A stretch of 64,000 nucleotides of DNA from an uncultured delta proteobacterium. Lineage in GTDB: Bacteria; Desulfobacterota; Binatia; UBA9968. Positions 9,524 to 20,346 of the stretch are shown here, piece by piece. The notes beneath the pieces were generated by a model, which was given only the letters and a program-made list of their open reading frames with translations, ran no database searches and was not told the origin of the DNA. Where the stretch lies: contig CAVXEP010000007.1 of NCBI GenBank assembly GCA_963760795.1, forward strand, positions 32,001 through 96,000, given 5' to 3'. Every line of letters starts with the position of its first letter. Position 1 is the stretch's first letter. The position numbers and the translations under genes were made by a program.

Positions 9524-10600
9524 ATGATTAAATTCGTCGTCGAAAACGACACCTTCCTGCGCTTGATCCAAGTCGTCCTCGACCCGTCGGCATCCGAAGA
9601 ACGCATTGCCGCCTTCGCGCACTTTTGCTTGCACGACCTGGCGGATTTTCGCGGCTGGTGTGACAGAATCCGTGCCCAGGCGAAAAATCTTTACCCATCG
9701 GATGTCCGCCTGGTCGACAGCCAGCAAGAGTTACTAACGAATCTCCCAGGCGCAAATGTCGCCGTTGTTGAAGAACTTTCTTTCGGACCGCAAGAAGTCG
9801 GCGCCGCCGGCAAAAACCTCAGATTCGTGCAAAAGTACGGCTTCACGACGCGCAACATCGACCAAGCCGCTTGCGACGGCGCCGGTGCACAAGTCTTAAC
9901 CATCCGCCGCCGGGCGAATATTTCGACTGCGGAACAAGGCTTGATGCTCATGCTCGCGCTGGCGCGCCAGGTGACGCAGAACGTAAACCTGATTAGCAAT
10001 GAACAACTCAGCAATGCCGGCTACCAGCCAACGACCTACAATCGCCAACACACGCCCAACGGCAACTGGGCGCGCATCCCCGGCATGGTGACGCTCTACC
10101 AGCGGCAACTCGGCATCGTCGGTCTCGGTGAGATCGGCAGGGAACTAGCTTTGCGCGCCATCGCCCTCGGCATGCGCATCGTTTATCACCAGCGCACGCG
10201 CTTGCCCGCCGAAGTAGAAGAGCAATATCAGGCAACGTACGTGAGGCTAGACGAACTGCTTGCCGGCTCGGACTTCATCAGCCTGCACTTGCCGCGCAGT
10301 CCGGCGACCGTCAACTTCATCGGTGCAGGTGAACTATCAGTCATCAAGCCCGGCGCATTCCTAATCAACGTCTCGCAACCGAACTTAGTCGAACGCCACG
10401 CGCTGCAACGCGCCCTGGAATCGCAACGCCTCGCCGGTTTCGGCCTCGACACGTTCTACGAAGAACCGGGCGACGCCAATGACCCGCTGATAAAATTCCC
10501 CAACGTCATCGTCACCCCGCATATGGGCGGCTCACCGCGCTGGAACTCGCTGGACGACATCGAAGAAGTGATCGTCAACCTCGGCAGGTTATTGGCTTAA
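9524..10600 (+). CDS. D-isomer-specific 2-hydroxyacid dehydrogenase-like NAD(P)-dependent oxidoreductase
   Basis: GIVGLGEIG Rossmann motif, SDFISLHLP, GLDTFYEEP, NVIVTPHMGG. Confidence 0.85.
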   Translation: MIKFVVENDTFLRLIQVVLDPSASEERIAAFAHFCLHDLADFRGWCDRIRAQAKNLYPSDVRLVDSQQELLTNLPGANVAVVEELSFGPQEVGAAGKNLRFVQKYGFTTRNIDQAACDGAGAQVLTIRRRANISTAEQGLMLMLALARQVTQNVNLISNEQLSNAGYQPTTYNRQHTPNGNWARIPGMVTLYQRQLGIVGLGEIGRELALRAIALGMRIVYHQRTRLPAEVEEQYQATYVRLDELLAGSDFISLHLPRSPATVNFIGAGELSVIKPGAFLINVSQPNLVERHALQRALESQRLAGFGLDTFYEEPGDANDPLIKFPNVIVTPHMGGSPRWNSLDDIEEVIVNLGRLLA

Positions 10601-10645
10601 TTTAGAGAACACGGCGTTTCAGTAATAAATACGCGAATTCTTCTT

Positions 10646-10726
10646 CACCACGAAGGACACGAAGATCACGAAGTCCGGAATTTAATTTTTGCCCAAACCT
10701 TCGTGTCCTTCATGCTCTTCGTGGTG
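10646..10726. repeat. Nonamer foldback element, family A (between convergent genes)
   Basis: caccacgaaggacacgaagatcacgaag ... cttcgtgtccttcatgctcttcgtggtg. Confidence 0.92.
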
Positions 10727-10762
10727 CAACGCATTTCCCAATCAAACCGCCAGCGCGCGATA

Positions 10763-12028
10763 TTAGCGCCGGGCTTCCAGGCTTTGCACATATTCGCGCG
10801 GATTCGCCTCGGCGGGAATAACTTCGGATAATACTAGAATCTTTGACGCATGAGCGGCGCTCGGTTCGCGCAGGAGATGCGGCGGCTCGCGTCCGCCGGC
10901 AACGTCCCGGATCGCCTTCAGCAACAATTTGCGCGCCGCAACGATCGGCTTGTCCGAGCTCACCAGGTTTTCCTCAGTGCGATTTTGCACCGTCCCTTGA
11001 GATTCCGTGGCAAAGGCATCCTGGGCATGGAAATGAAACCCCATGCCGCTGAACGTCTCTGCCCGCATCGACTCGCGGTCCTGCAAATAGCGATTGTCAC
11101 TCTTCCGTTTCAAGTGATTGCCGTCGGTGGTTTCCACGCGAATTCTGTCGCGCAGCTCCTGCGTCAACGCGCGCTCGCGGCTAAAGATGAACGCATACTT
11201 CCAGTGCGCGTGATCGTCGATCGGCACATGCCAGTGCGCCGAATAGCCTTCGCCGGTGGTCGAGCCGTTGAACGCGGCCAGGTTTGGATAGATATAGTTG
11301 GTCACGCGCAGATATTGCCGGCCGTCGCCCGGCTTTCTGATCGTGTAGATGCGCAAGCCAAAGTCGGTGACGTCGACTTCGATGACCGGCATCTGATCCT
11401 TGCTCACCAGCGAGTTGGGCGTGGCGGTGCTGCCCGGAACCACCCGCTGTTTGTCGCGCTCGCTGTCTTGCATATTGCGATGCAGAAACGACAGGTGCAG
11501 CGGATCGATATTGCCCTCGTTGGCTTGCAGATAATTGCAGCTGACTTCGATCTTCGTCACCGCGCGATTTTCCGGCGCGACGGTGAGAAATTCATAGGGC
11601 GGCAGCACCGGCGCATCGCCCGGTCCCATATAGACAAAAATTATCCCGCCCGCTTCGACGCAAGGATAAGACGGCTGGCCGACATCCCAGCGCCGCTCCT
11701 TCTCCGGCAGCCAGTCGCCGCGCAACAACACTTTGCCGCAGGTGTCGAAAAGCCAGCCGTGATACATACAGCGCAGCCCATCGGGCTCGACCCGGCCATA
11801 AATCATATCGACACCCTGGTGCGCGCAGTAGCGGCCGATCAACGCCGGCTTGCCCGCGCCGTCGCGGAACAGAATCAACTCTTCGCCGAACAGCTGCACC
11901 GGGAATGGCTTGTCCGCCGCTAACTCCTCGGACAAAGCCGCCGGCTGCCAATAGCGCCTCATCAACTCACCGCAGGGCGTGCCCTTGCCGGTCTGCGTCA
12001 GTAAATTATTTTCTTCTTCAGTGATCAT
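10763..12028 (-). CDS. Rieske [2Fe-2S] aromatic ring-hydroxylating oxygenase, alpha subunit (phthalate 4,5-dioxygenase/LigX-like)
   Basis: TPCGELMRRYWQP, CAH...CMYH Rieske ligands, EGNIDPLHLSFLH and QDAFATESQG mononuclear Fe ligands. Confidence 0.92.
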   Translation of the reverse strand: MITEEENNLLTQTGKGTPCGELMRRYWQPAALSEELAADKPFPVQLFGEELILFRDGAGKPALIGRYCAHQGVDMIYGRVEPDGLRCMYHGWLFDTCGKVLLRGDWLPEKERRWDVGQPSYPCVEAGGIIFVYMGPGDAPVLPPYEFLTVAPENRAVTKIEVSCNYLQANEGNIDPLHLSFLHRNMQDSERDKQRVVPGSTATPNSLVSKDQMPVIEVDVTDFGLRIYTIRKPGDGRQYLRVTNYIYPNLAAFNGSTTGEGYSAHWHVPIDDHAHWKYAFIFSRERALTQELRDRIRVETTDGNHLKRKSDNRYLQDRESMRAETFSGMGFHFHAQDAFATESQGTVQNRTEENLVSSDKPIVAARKLLLKAIRDVAGGREPPHLLREPSAAHASKILVLSEVIPAEANPREYVQSLEARR

Positions 12029-12060
12029 CGTGAAGATCTCAAATTAAGTAAAGACTGTTA

Positions 12061-12135
12061 TTCACCACGAAAGATCACGAAGAGCACGAAGTTTAAGAAT
12101 TCTTCATCCGAAACCTTCGTGTCCTTCGTGGTGAA
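12061..12135. repeat. Nonamer foldback element, family A
   Basis: ttcaccacgaaagatcacgaagagcacgaag ... cttcgtgtccttcgtggtgaa. Confidence 0.9.
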
Positions 12136-12153
12136 TATTCCCTTCTCAACACT

Positions 12154-13251
12154 CTACTTCAACACAGCCTCGGCTAGCTTCGCGCCCGGCAGCCAAGAGT
12201 TGTTACACTTATCTTCAGTAAAATTCTGCACGCGCCGGAACTCTTCCACTGTCAGAACATCCTTGGCCGCCTGTCCATCCAAACCTTTGGCATCGACATC
12301 GAGCCGGCGCGACGGCTGTTGCGCGGTTTTGTTGTGCAGTTCCTGCCCCTCGCGGCTGAGCAGCCAATTGAAAAATACTTTTGCCGCGTTGGGATGGGGC
12401 GCGCCTTTGACGATGCCGAGGATACCGTTGCCGCCGCTGACGTAGGTGCCTTCCTTCAGCGTCGGCAGATGTTTGACCGGCAGGTTGGCGTCGAGGAACG
12501 CATCGAAGTCACGGAAGCCGACGCCGATGGTCATGGCCAAACTGCCTTTCGCCAACGCGTCGGCAATCTGGCGCGCGTTACGGCTAACGAACAAATCCTG
12601 CTGCGCCAGCTTTCGAATGTACTCCTCGCCTTTGGTATCCAAGAGAAATGCCCACATCGCCAGCCCGCCTCCCGGCACACGCGGATCGCGCAGGCCGATC
12701 TTGCCTTTCCACTTGGCATCGAGCAGATCGTTGTAGCTGCGCACATCCTGCGGCTTGACCAGGTTGGTGTTGTAATAGATCGACGGCGTCATCTGCGCGA
12801 CAAAGCTGTAGAGCAAATTCTTGCCGCTCTGATTGTCGGCCCATAGATGGCCGCCAAACCACTTGGTCGGATCCTTAACTTCAGGGAGAATCATCGCGGG
12901 GGCCAAAGGCTCATAGATATCGGATTTCAGCAGTGAGTTGCCGGTGCACGGTCCGATCAGAAACGCGTCGATCGACGCCACCCCGGCCTGTTTCTCCGCG
13001 ACGATCTTGCTCATCAAGTTCGGTCCCGGCGCTTGGACGAACTCGCTGTCGAGGTCGAAACGTTTTTTCAGCGCCGCCTGCGCTTCGATGCGAAAGTCGC
13101 TGCCCGGCGGCGCACCGATGACGACCTTGCCTTCCTTCTTCGCCGCCGCGATCAACCGTTGCCAATCGGCATTAACCTCCGCAGACCTACCCGGCTGAGC
13201 GGCATTCAAATAAGCCAAGATGACGTATAGAAACACCTTCCAACAGCTCAT
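12154..13251 (-). CDS. ABC transporter extracellular solute-binding protein (Fe3+/thiamine/polyamine-type)
   Basis: Signal peptide, AAKKEGKV, DLLDAKWKGKI, APHPNAAKVFFNWLLSREGQ. Confidence 0.9.
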   Translation of the reverse strand: MSCWKVFLYVILAYLNAAQPGRSAEVNADWQRLIAAAKKEGKVVIGAPPGSDFRIEAQAALKKRFDLDSEFVQAPGPNLMSKIVAEKQAGVASIDAFLIGPCTGNSLLKSDIYEPLAPAMILPEVKDPTKWFGGHLWADNQSGKNLLYSFVAQMTPSIYYNTNLVKPQDVRSYNDLLDAKWKGKIGLRDPRVPGGGLAMWAFLLDTKGEEYIRKLAQQDLFVSRNARQIADALAKGSLAMTIGVGFRDFDAFLDANLPVKHLPTLKEGTYVSGGNGILGIVKGAPHPNAAKVFFNWLLSREGQELHNKTAQQPSRRLDVDAKGLDGQAAKDVLTVEEFRRVQNFTEDKCNNSWLPGAKLAEAVLK

Positions 13252-13274
13252 TGCTCGAACCTTTCACGACGACG

Positions 13275-14269
13275 TTAACAAATCGAATATAACTCTCGAT
13301 AATTCTGCATACCGATCGGCCGTCTGGCGATGCTCGATTTCCAAATACACTTTCAGCATCGCCCGGCACAGCGGTGTTGCCACACCCAACCGCTCGCCCT
13401 CGCGAATGACCGCGCCGATAATGCCATCCACTTCGGTCCTCTCGCCGCGCTTCAACCCGCCGCCGGTTTCCTTTTCGTCCTTCCAGCTCCGCGCCATCTC
13501 TTCAACCGCCACCATTCTCTCTGTCGGAGAGCGGCTCGGATGAAAGTCGTTGGGATCGTACTCCGCGAGCTTTTCCAAGCGCGCGCCGGCGGCTTCACCC
13601 ACTTTGACAACCTCAGTGATAAATTCTGCGAACAACCAGCGGTTCGCTTCGCTCTCCCAGATCGCCGGCATCTTGGCATCGGCGATCCAGCTGAGCATGC
13701 GCATGCTGGTAAACGTCAGCTTGCTCCACATGACCCCGTACATGTTATCGGCGATCTTGGTCGGCATCACCGGATCGAGCATATCGTGGAGCGCATTGAG
13801 CTGCGCCGTGCGCTGGCCGTGGATATGACCGATGTAGAGATAGCCATTTTGATAGGTGCGCACATGGCCCGGGGCGATTTTGATACTGCGCATGCGCACC
13901 ACCGCGCCGATGGCGCGGTCGGCGCCGACGCGGTCGGCGACCAACGGCAGATTCATGCCGTTTTGCAGCGACACCACGACCGCGTCGTCGGTCATATGTT
14001 TTACCATCGCATCCAGCACATCCTTCGTCCCCTCGGACCTCACCGCGATCATGACCAGATCGAATTTTCCTGAGACTTCACTCGGAAATAGAATCTGCGG
14101 TTTGACGGTGAACGAATCGTTCGGCAGATCGACGCGCAAGCCGCGCAGCGCGGATGGCCTGAACATGCTCGCGGTCGGCATCGCACAAGATCAGATCATG
14201 GCCGGCGCGCACCAGTCTGCCGCCGATAATGCCGCCCACCTGTCCAGCGCCTATGAGAATTGCTCGCAT
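13275..14269 (-). CDS. Ketopantoate reductase (ApbA/PanE)-family oxidoreductase, frameshifts near 14150 and 13325
   Basis: MRAILIGAGQVGG (ORF 14078..14314) joins ORF 13264..14181 (VSLQNG, WSKL, RTEVDGIIGAV..G...GVATP); another frame gives a plausible C-terminus RPIGMQNYRELYSIC*. Confidence 0.82.
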
Positions 14270-14362
14270 CGTATAATTCCGACCCTCGGCAAACGGTCCG
14301 CCCATCTTAATCACGATCGTGCAAAGATGCCAATTGTCCAGAGATGACAGCGGACAACCGGA

Positions 14363-14392
14363 TTGACAGTAAAAACACCCGGACGTTATAGT
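14363..14392 (+). promoter_or_regulatory. Putative sigma70 promoter
   Basis: TTGACA-18nt-TATAGT upstream of SD aggag and ATG 14429. Confidence 0.5.
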
Positions 14393-14428
14393 TCCGAGCG
14401 GTCTGCGAAAACGTTAGGAGATACCATC

Positions 14429-15417
14429 ATGCGCCGAATCGTTTCATTCAGTCGTCTCTCTGATTATCTGTGTGCTCTCTCGTGAGCGTCGCCACAGCCC
14501 AAGAACGCATGCGCATCGCCTGGGCCGGCAGCACGCCGTCGAACACGCCGATCTGGGTCGCCGACCAGAAAGGCTTTTTCAAGAAGAATGGCCTTAACGC
14601 CGAGGTCATCAGCATCAGCGCCAGCACCATAGTGATCCAAGCGCTGCTCAGCGGCGAAGTCGACTTCATCATCGCGCCATCAGCCACACTGGTAACTTCG
14701 AAGATGGCGGGCGCGGACACGGTCATGGTGTCGACCAACCTGCCGCTCTTCATCGATCACATCGTGTCATTGGGCAACATCACCAGCGTCGAACAACTCA
14801 AAGGCAAAATCGGCGGCGTCAACCGCTTGGGCACGACCTCCGACATGACGCTCCGGCTCGCCCTGCGCCGCTTGGGAGTGGACCCGGAGAAGGAAACCAA
14901 AATCATCGCCACGGGAGAAAATCCCCAACGCCTCGCCGCGCTGGCCAACAACATCACCCAGTTCACGCTCTTAGGCGAGCCGCTGGTGCGCGAAGCCGAA
15001 AAACTCGGCTTCCGCGATCTCTACGACATCGGCACGTTGAAGATTCCCTATCACGTCAATGCCATCGTCACCCGGGAAAAGACCGTCAAAGAGCGCCGCC
15101 CGCTGGTGCAAAAAGTCGTGCGCGCCTTCACCGAAGCGCTGCACTACATCCACACCAACAAAGAAGACACCAAAGCGCTCATCGGCAAGAATCTCAAAAC
15201 CAAAGACCCCGAAGGACTCGAGCGCGCCTACAAAGCCTACAACGCCGCCTTTCCCGAAGTTCCTTATCCGCACGCCGAAGGGGTCAAAACCCTGCTCGAC
15301 GACATCGCCCCCCGCGACAAAAAAGCCGCCGCCGCCGATCCGAAGAGTTTCGTCGATATGAGCTTGGTGCAGGAATTGGAAGCGTCGGGGTTTATCAAGC
15401 AGCTTTATAGAAGATAG
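14429..15417 (+). CDS. ABC substrate-binding protein, NMT1/THI5/SsuA-like (start region probably frameshifted)
   Basis: WVADQKGFFKKNGL, LKGKIGGVNRLG, FVDMSLVQELEASGFIKQLY; SD plus ATG at 14429 is out of frame with ORF 14470. Confidence 0.88.
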
Positions 15418-15517
15418 CGATCTGCCAAACTCTGACAAATAGGCAGGAGCAGACAAATACGACGGAGGAACAGCCACGCAATCATCGACAAACAACCCGC
15501 CGCTCCGATCGTTCCTG

Positions 15518-15981
15518 TTGTCAGAGGTCCTTAACTTCGTGAACCTTGCCCGCTCATGTCCGGGGGTAAGCCGCATCGCTCTCATCGGTTCGCTGACGAC
15601 ATCCAAGCCCCAGCCAAAAGATGCCGACGTGCTCGTGTCAGTCGCCGATGACGCTGATCTCACAATGCTGGCAAGGCTGGGCGCAGCCTCAAAGGAAAGG
15701 CCCAAAGCCAAAACTCCGGCGCCGACATCTTTCTCGCCAATCCCGAGGGCGAGTACATTGGCCGGATATGTCACTGGCGCGAGTGCCGGCCTTTCATTCG
15801 GCTCGCGTGCGACGCACAGCATTGTGGCAAGCGCGAGTTTCTTCACGACGACCTCGACGCCGTCACTCTTGCAGCGAAGTTGGTGAAAGAGCCTCCCGTT
15901 GAGCTCTGGCCAAAAGTTGTACGCCGAATCAAAGTTCCTAAAGATGTAGAGGCGCAGTTATTACGGCCTTTGGAGGCATAG
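15518..15981 (+). CDS. Putative Pol-beta-superfamily nucleotidyltransferase-like protein with Cys-rich C-terminus (frameshift near 15680; start uncertain)
   Basis: RIALIGSLTTSKPQPKDADVLV (GS..DxD); after a frameshift it continues RSLKGKAQSQNSGADIFLANPEGEYIGRICHWRECRPFIRLACDAQHCGKREFLHDDL...LEA* (TAG 15979-15981). Confidence 0.6.
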
Positions 15982-16092
15982 CTCCCGTCGTGACAACAAA
16001 ATCGGCAATTCCTGACGATTGTACAGATGAGGCGAAAGGAAATTATTCAGATCAGGTGACGTGCAGGCATGAGGCAGCAGCAATAAATGGGA

Positions 16093-16220
16093 AGGGCGAC
16101 CAGCCGGTCGCCCCTACAAATCCGAATTCTTTTTTTGCGCCCTTTGCGTTCTTTGCGGCCAAGTCTTCCGAATCCCAACTTTGTGACTTTTGTGCTCTTT
16201 GTGGTTAAATCATCCGACTC
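16093..16220 (-). repeat. Composite element: GTAG-type REP palindrome plus CGCAAAG/CACAAAG nonamer arms
   Basis: agggcgaccagccggtcgcccctac, atccga, ttttgcgccctttgcgttctttgcggcc, tccga, ctttgtgacttttgtgctctttgtggtt, atccga. Confidence 0.8.
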
Positions 16221-17303
16221 CTAATTCAACCCGTAAAACACCCGCGGATTGTCTTCGACGATTTTCTTGTGCATGCCGGCGCTGATGCCGCCGTCGTCTT
16301 TCAGCGTCGTCAACGCGTCTAATTCGGTCGACGAATCGGCGTGGCCGTAATCTGTGCCGATCATCAGAGTATTTTCACCCATGCAGCTCTTGATCAGGTA
16401 GGGCACATCGTCGCCGATCTGACAGGTGACGAAGATGCCGGACCGCTCCAGCAGATCGTTGGGCAATTTTTTGTTCACCGTGTCCAAGCGGCGGCGCAGC
16501 TCGTAGATCACCCAGGGCACCCAGGACGCCGCGGTCTCGATAAAACCGAAGCGCAGCTTGGGGAACTTCTGCGGGATGCCGCAATTGAGGATGCGGAACA
16601 TCGCCCCGACGTTAAAAATCCGATACTGATTGAAAAAGTCGCGGCTGCCGTCCGGGTTGACCATCATGTCCACCGCCGCGGCGCTGCCGTTGGCCTGGTG
16701 TAGGCCGATGCAGAAATTCAACTTCTCGGCTAATTCGTACATCGGGAAGAAGTACGGATCGCTGATCTGCCGCGCCCCTTCGAGGGGGCGCATGAACACC
16801 CCGCAGCCGCCGTTTTCCTTGGCGAACTTCAACTGATCCAGCGCATCCGGCATGCTCAAGAGCGGCAGCGTCGCCATCCAGCGCAGCCGCCCGTTGCTCT
16901 GTCTCCAGACATCCGCCATCCAGCGATTGTAGGCGCCGCACAACGCCACTTCGGTATCGGCGCGCTCGGTGACCTGATCGAGAAAGATGCTGGTGTAGAG
17001 CACCTGGATATCGATCCCCAGCTCGTCCATATGCTTGACCCGCCCCGACACGTCGGCAAGATCGCGGGTCGCCATGGTCGTCGACACATCGCGGCCGATC
17101 TCGGCGGACTTCTTGTCGAGATCGTCCTTGCTGAAGGTAAAGCGAAACAAACCGCGAATCTTGCCGTCGATGACCCAATGGGCTTTCTGGTTGTCGTCTT
17201 CCGGCTTGAATAGCTGGGGGCGAAACTTTTTTTCCGATGGTGTCAGGTAGTCCCAAGTCAGCGGACTTTCAACGACATGCGCGTCAGCGTCTACCCATCC
17301 CAT
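16221..17303 (-). CDS. Amidohydrolase family protein (Amidohydro_2)
   Basis: VDADAHVVE, MDELGIDIQVLY, DPYFFPMY, FPKLRFGFIE...WVP, IGTDYGHAD. Confidence 0.9.
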   Translation of the reverse strand: MGWVDADAHVVESPLTWDYLTPSEKKFRPQLFKPEDDNQKAHWVIDGKIRGLFRFTFSKDDLDKKSAEIGRDVSTTMATRDLADVSGRVKHMDELGIDIQVLYTSIFLDQVTERADTEVALCGAYNRWMADVWRQSNGRLRWMATLPLLSMPDALDQLKFAKENGGCGVFMRPLEGARQISDPYFFPMYELAEKLNFCIGLHQANGSAAAVDMMVNPDGSRDFFNQYRIFNVGAMFRILNCGIPQKFPKLRFGFIETAASWVPWVIYELRRRLDTVNKKLPNDLLERSGIFVTCQIGDDVPYLIKSCMGENTLMIGTDYGHADSSTELDALTTLKDDGGISAGMHKKIVEDNPRVFYGLN

Positions 17304-17399
17304 AGCGATTTCCTCCGTCAATCTATTTTGGATTTGTGATATTGGATGGGCGATCTGCCGACTTCGACCTCTAACCTTAGACTGTCGGCTATTACCTTC

Positions 17400-18165
17400 T
17401 CAATGCAGCACGGCGCCGCCATTGACAAGAATCGTCTGGCCAGTGACGAACGTGCTCAGATCTGAAAGCAGATACAGCGCCGTCCCGACCAGATCTTCCG
17501 GCTGCTCGATGCGCTTGAGAATGCGCGTGGTCGCCGTCCGTTCATAATTCTTCAACGCTTCGTCAGTCGCTTTATCCTCGCTCATGGTCGCGCCGGGCGC
17601 CAGCGTGTTGACACGAATATTATCCCCGCCCAACTCGCGCGCGAGCACGCGGCTGAACCCTACCACCGCCGCCTTCGAAGTCACATAGTGCATCATCGTC
17701 AAGCCGCCGTTGAACGCCATGTTCGACGAGATATTGACGACGCTTCCTTGTTTACGTTGCTGCATGGCGGGCACCACCGCTCGGCTGGCATAGCCACAGC
17801 CCTTTGACGTTGACCGCCATGATGCGGTCCCAGGCTTCTTCGGTGATATCCTGCCAGCTGCCTTTTTCCGCCGGCACGCTCATAAAAATCGCCGCGTTGT
17901 TGATCAAGCCGTCGATCTGGCCATAGGCGCCGAGAGCTTTTGCCGCCATCTCTTGGCAGCTGGGAAAATTCGCCACGTCGACTTTGGTCGCAAGCGCTTT
18001 GCCGCCCTTGTCGGCGATCGCTTTGGCAACGCCGTCGGCGGCCTTATCATCGATATCGGCGACCACTGCCGTGCCGCCTTCACGGGCGATCCCCATGCAA
18101 TAGGCACGGCCAATGCCATGTCCGCCGCCGGTCACCACCACCACTTTGCCGTCTAGTAAACCCAT
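17400..18165 (-). CDS. SDR family oxidoreductase (frameshift near 17780)
   Basis: TGGGHGIG, LINNAAI, VNVKG in ORF 17752..18165; VNISS, YVTSK, IRVNTLAPG, FVTGQTILVNGG in ORF 17400..17777. Confidence 0.88.
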
Positions 18166-18245
18166 GAGCAGTTCTCCTCTAGCAGCAATACTTATCGCAA
18201 TTACCGTCAGGACTTCAACGCGCTATCGCGACCGACCGAGTCCGA

Positions 18246-18276
18246 CGTTGAACCTTGAACTTTTGAACCTTGAACG
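18246..18276. repeat. TTGAAC tandem units (single arm)
   Basis: cgttgaaccttgaacttttgaaccttgaacg just downstream of the Bug gene stop. Confidence 0.75.
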
Positions 18277-18281
18277 CACAA

Positions 18282-19338
18282 CTAGGGCTTGAGAATCTTT
18301 TTCAATTTCGCTTTCAGCTCCGCCGGCAAGCCAAAAAACTCGTTGACCAGCTTCTGCACCTGCGTCGCTGACACCGGATCGATGTCGAGCTTGCCCTTGT
18401 CCGCTTCGGCGAGAAATTCTTTATCGGCGAAAGTTTTGGTCAATGCCGATTCCAAGGCCGCAGCGCGGTCGGCCGGAGTCCCCGGTGGAACCGTGTAGAC
18501 TTTGGCGAATTGATTGGGCGCGTAGGCGCCGAATCTGAGCAGCTGTTGCTGCTCCTCGGTCTTGGCGATCTGCGCAATGGTCGGCACGTTTTTGACCGGC
18601 AGCGCCGCGATCGGCTGATCGCCGACCTGCGCGAGGATTTGCCAATCGCCGTTTTTGACCCTGTCCAGCGACGTCACCTTGGTCGATTCCCAGCTATTGA
18701 AAAATCCGTCTAGCTCGCCGCTCTCCATCGCCAGGCGCACGTCGGCAGTGCCCTTGTAACCGCTAACGACCTTGATGTTCGCGCCCAGCAGATCTCGCAA
18801 CAGCATCGGCCCCTGTTCCACCGTGGAGCCAGGGATGCCGCCGATGGTGAGCTGCTTGGACTTGGACCCGATCAGGTCGTCAAACTTTGCGATGCCGGAT
18901 TTTTTTGTCGCCAGCAGCAGATAGGTCTCGCCGATCGGCACGCCGAGAAAGCGAAACTTCGCTAGATCGAATTGCACGGCTGGATTGCCAAACTGCTGCT
19001 CCAAGATAATCTGGCCGCTGAAATTGCCGATCACCGTGCCGTCTTTGGGCGCGGCGTTGAACATGTGGTTGGCCAGGATAATGCTGCCGGCGCCGGCCAT
19101 GTTTTCGACGATGATACTGGGATTGCCGGGAATATGTTTGTGCAAATGCCGGCCGATCAGCCGCGAATAGGCGTCGTAGCCGCCGCCGGCGGAGAAGCCG
19201 ACGATGATTTTTACCGTCTTGCCGCGGTAAAAATCCGCCACGGCCTTGTCATCCGACCGCGGCAGCCCAAGCTTGCCCGGCCACGGCCAAGCAGGCGATG
19301 AAAGATAGCAGCTCAAATAGTGCGAATAACTTTTTCAC
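18282..19338 (-). CDS. Bug/TctC family tripartite tricarboxylate transporter substrate-binding protein (frameshift near 19255)
   Basis: FYRGKTVKIIVGFSAGGGYD, IPGNP..VENMAGAG, APKDGTV, GYKGTADVRLAMESGE; SD ggagg plus GTG 19338 gives signal peptide MKKLFALFELLSFIACLAVAGQAWA in another frame. Confidence 0.88.
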
Positions 19339-19519
19339 GACTACCTCCACGGAAAAGACTCTTTGGTAAACTGGGCTATCACTGCGCTCCAATGGCTGTC
19401 AACCGTCGGTCGAATCGAGCGGAAATAACGCCAAGCTCTGGACAGCGGTTTATAAGTGGGATACCGAATCAAACGACTAATCTTCGGACTCACGGACCGC
19501 GAAACTGGAGGAGATTACA

Positions 19520-20317
19520 ATGGCCGGCCCCGAACACAAATTCACCGAAGTCCAGGGCATCAAACTGCACTATTTAGAATGGGGCGAGGCCGGCAAACCC
19601 GACCTGCTGCTCGTCCACGGTTGGACCAACTTCGCAGCGAGCTGGACCGGGGTCGCCGAAAATTTTCGCGACCGTTACCACATCGTCGCGCCGGATTTGC
19701 GCGGCCACGGCGAATCCGACAAACCGCAAACCGGCTACCGCTTGCGGGATTTCGCAGAAGACATTCGCCAGTTGATTAAGAATTTAGAATTGACCAAGCC
19801 CGCCTACGTCGGCCATTCCTGGGGCGGCAACATCGGCACGATCCTCGCCGCAGACTCGCCGGCATTGATCTCTCGCGCGTTCCTGGAAGATCCGGTCTAC
19901 TGGCGCATGATTCACGCCTTCATGACGAGCCTGCCCGGCGCGCTGGCACGGCGCGCCAAACCGGAAGCGGAGATCCGCGCCGAAGCGCAGCAAAAAGGAT
20001 TGTCAAAAGCAGACGAAAACCTGGAAGTCTATAAAGCGCATCACTTCTCGCCCCACGCCCTGACCCGCCTCCAGACCGACAACCGCGACTGGGCCATTGA
20101 GTTTGAGACTTACTTCAAGCGCATCGCCGTGCCGACGACGATCCTGGTCGCCGACCACAAAGCCGGCGGCGCCATCATGCGCGAGGAAATGACCTACCTC
20201 CAACGTATCGCATCGCCCCAAGTGAAATTGGAATTCTGGGAAAACGTCGGCCACGGCATGAAGGCGGCCAAGCCGGCGGAGTACAACAACGCATTGGAGG
20301 CGTGGCTCAAGCAGTAG
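19520..20317 (+). CDS. Alpha/beta fold hydrolase
   Basis: LLVHGW, PDLRGHGES, GHSWGG nucleophile elbow, NVGH. Confidence 0.9.
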   Translation: MAGPEHKFTEVQGIKLHYLEWGEAGKPDLLLVHGWTNFAASWTGVAENFRDRYHIVAPDLRGHGESDKPQTGYRLRDFAEDIRQLIKNLELTKPAYVGHSWGGNIGTILAADSPALISRAFLEDPVYWRMIHAFMTSLPGALARRAKPEAEIRAEAQQKGLSKADENLEVYKAHHFSPHALTRLQTDNRDWAIEFETYFKRIAVPTTILVADHKAGGAIMREEMTYLQRIASPQVKLEFWENVGHGMKAAKPAEYNNALEAWLKQ

Positions 20318-20346
20318 CGGTTAATCCGCGTGAAATGGAATTTCGC

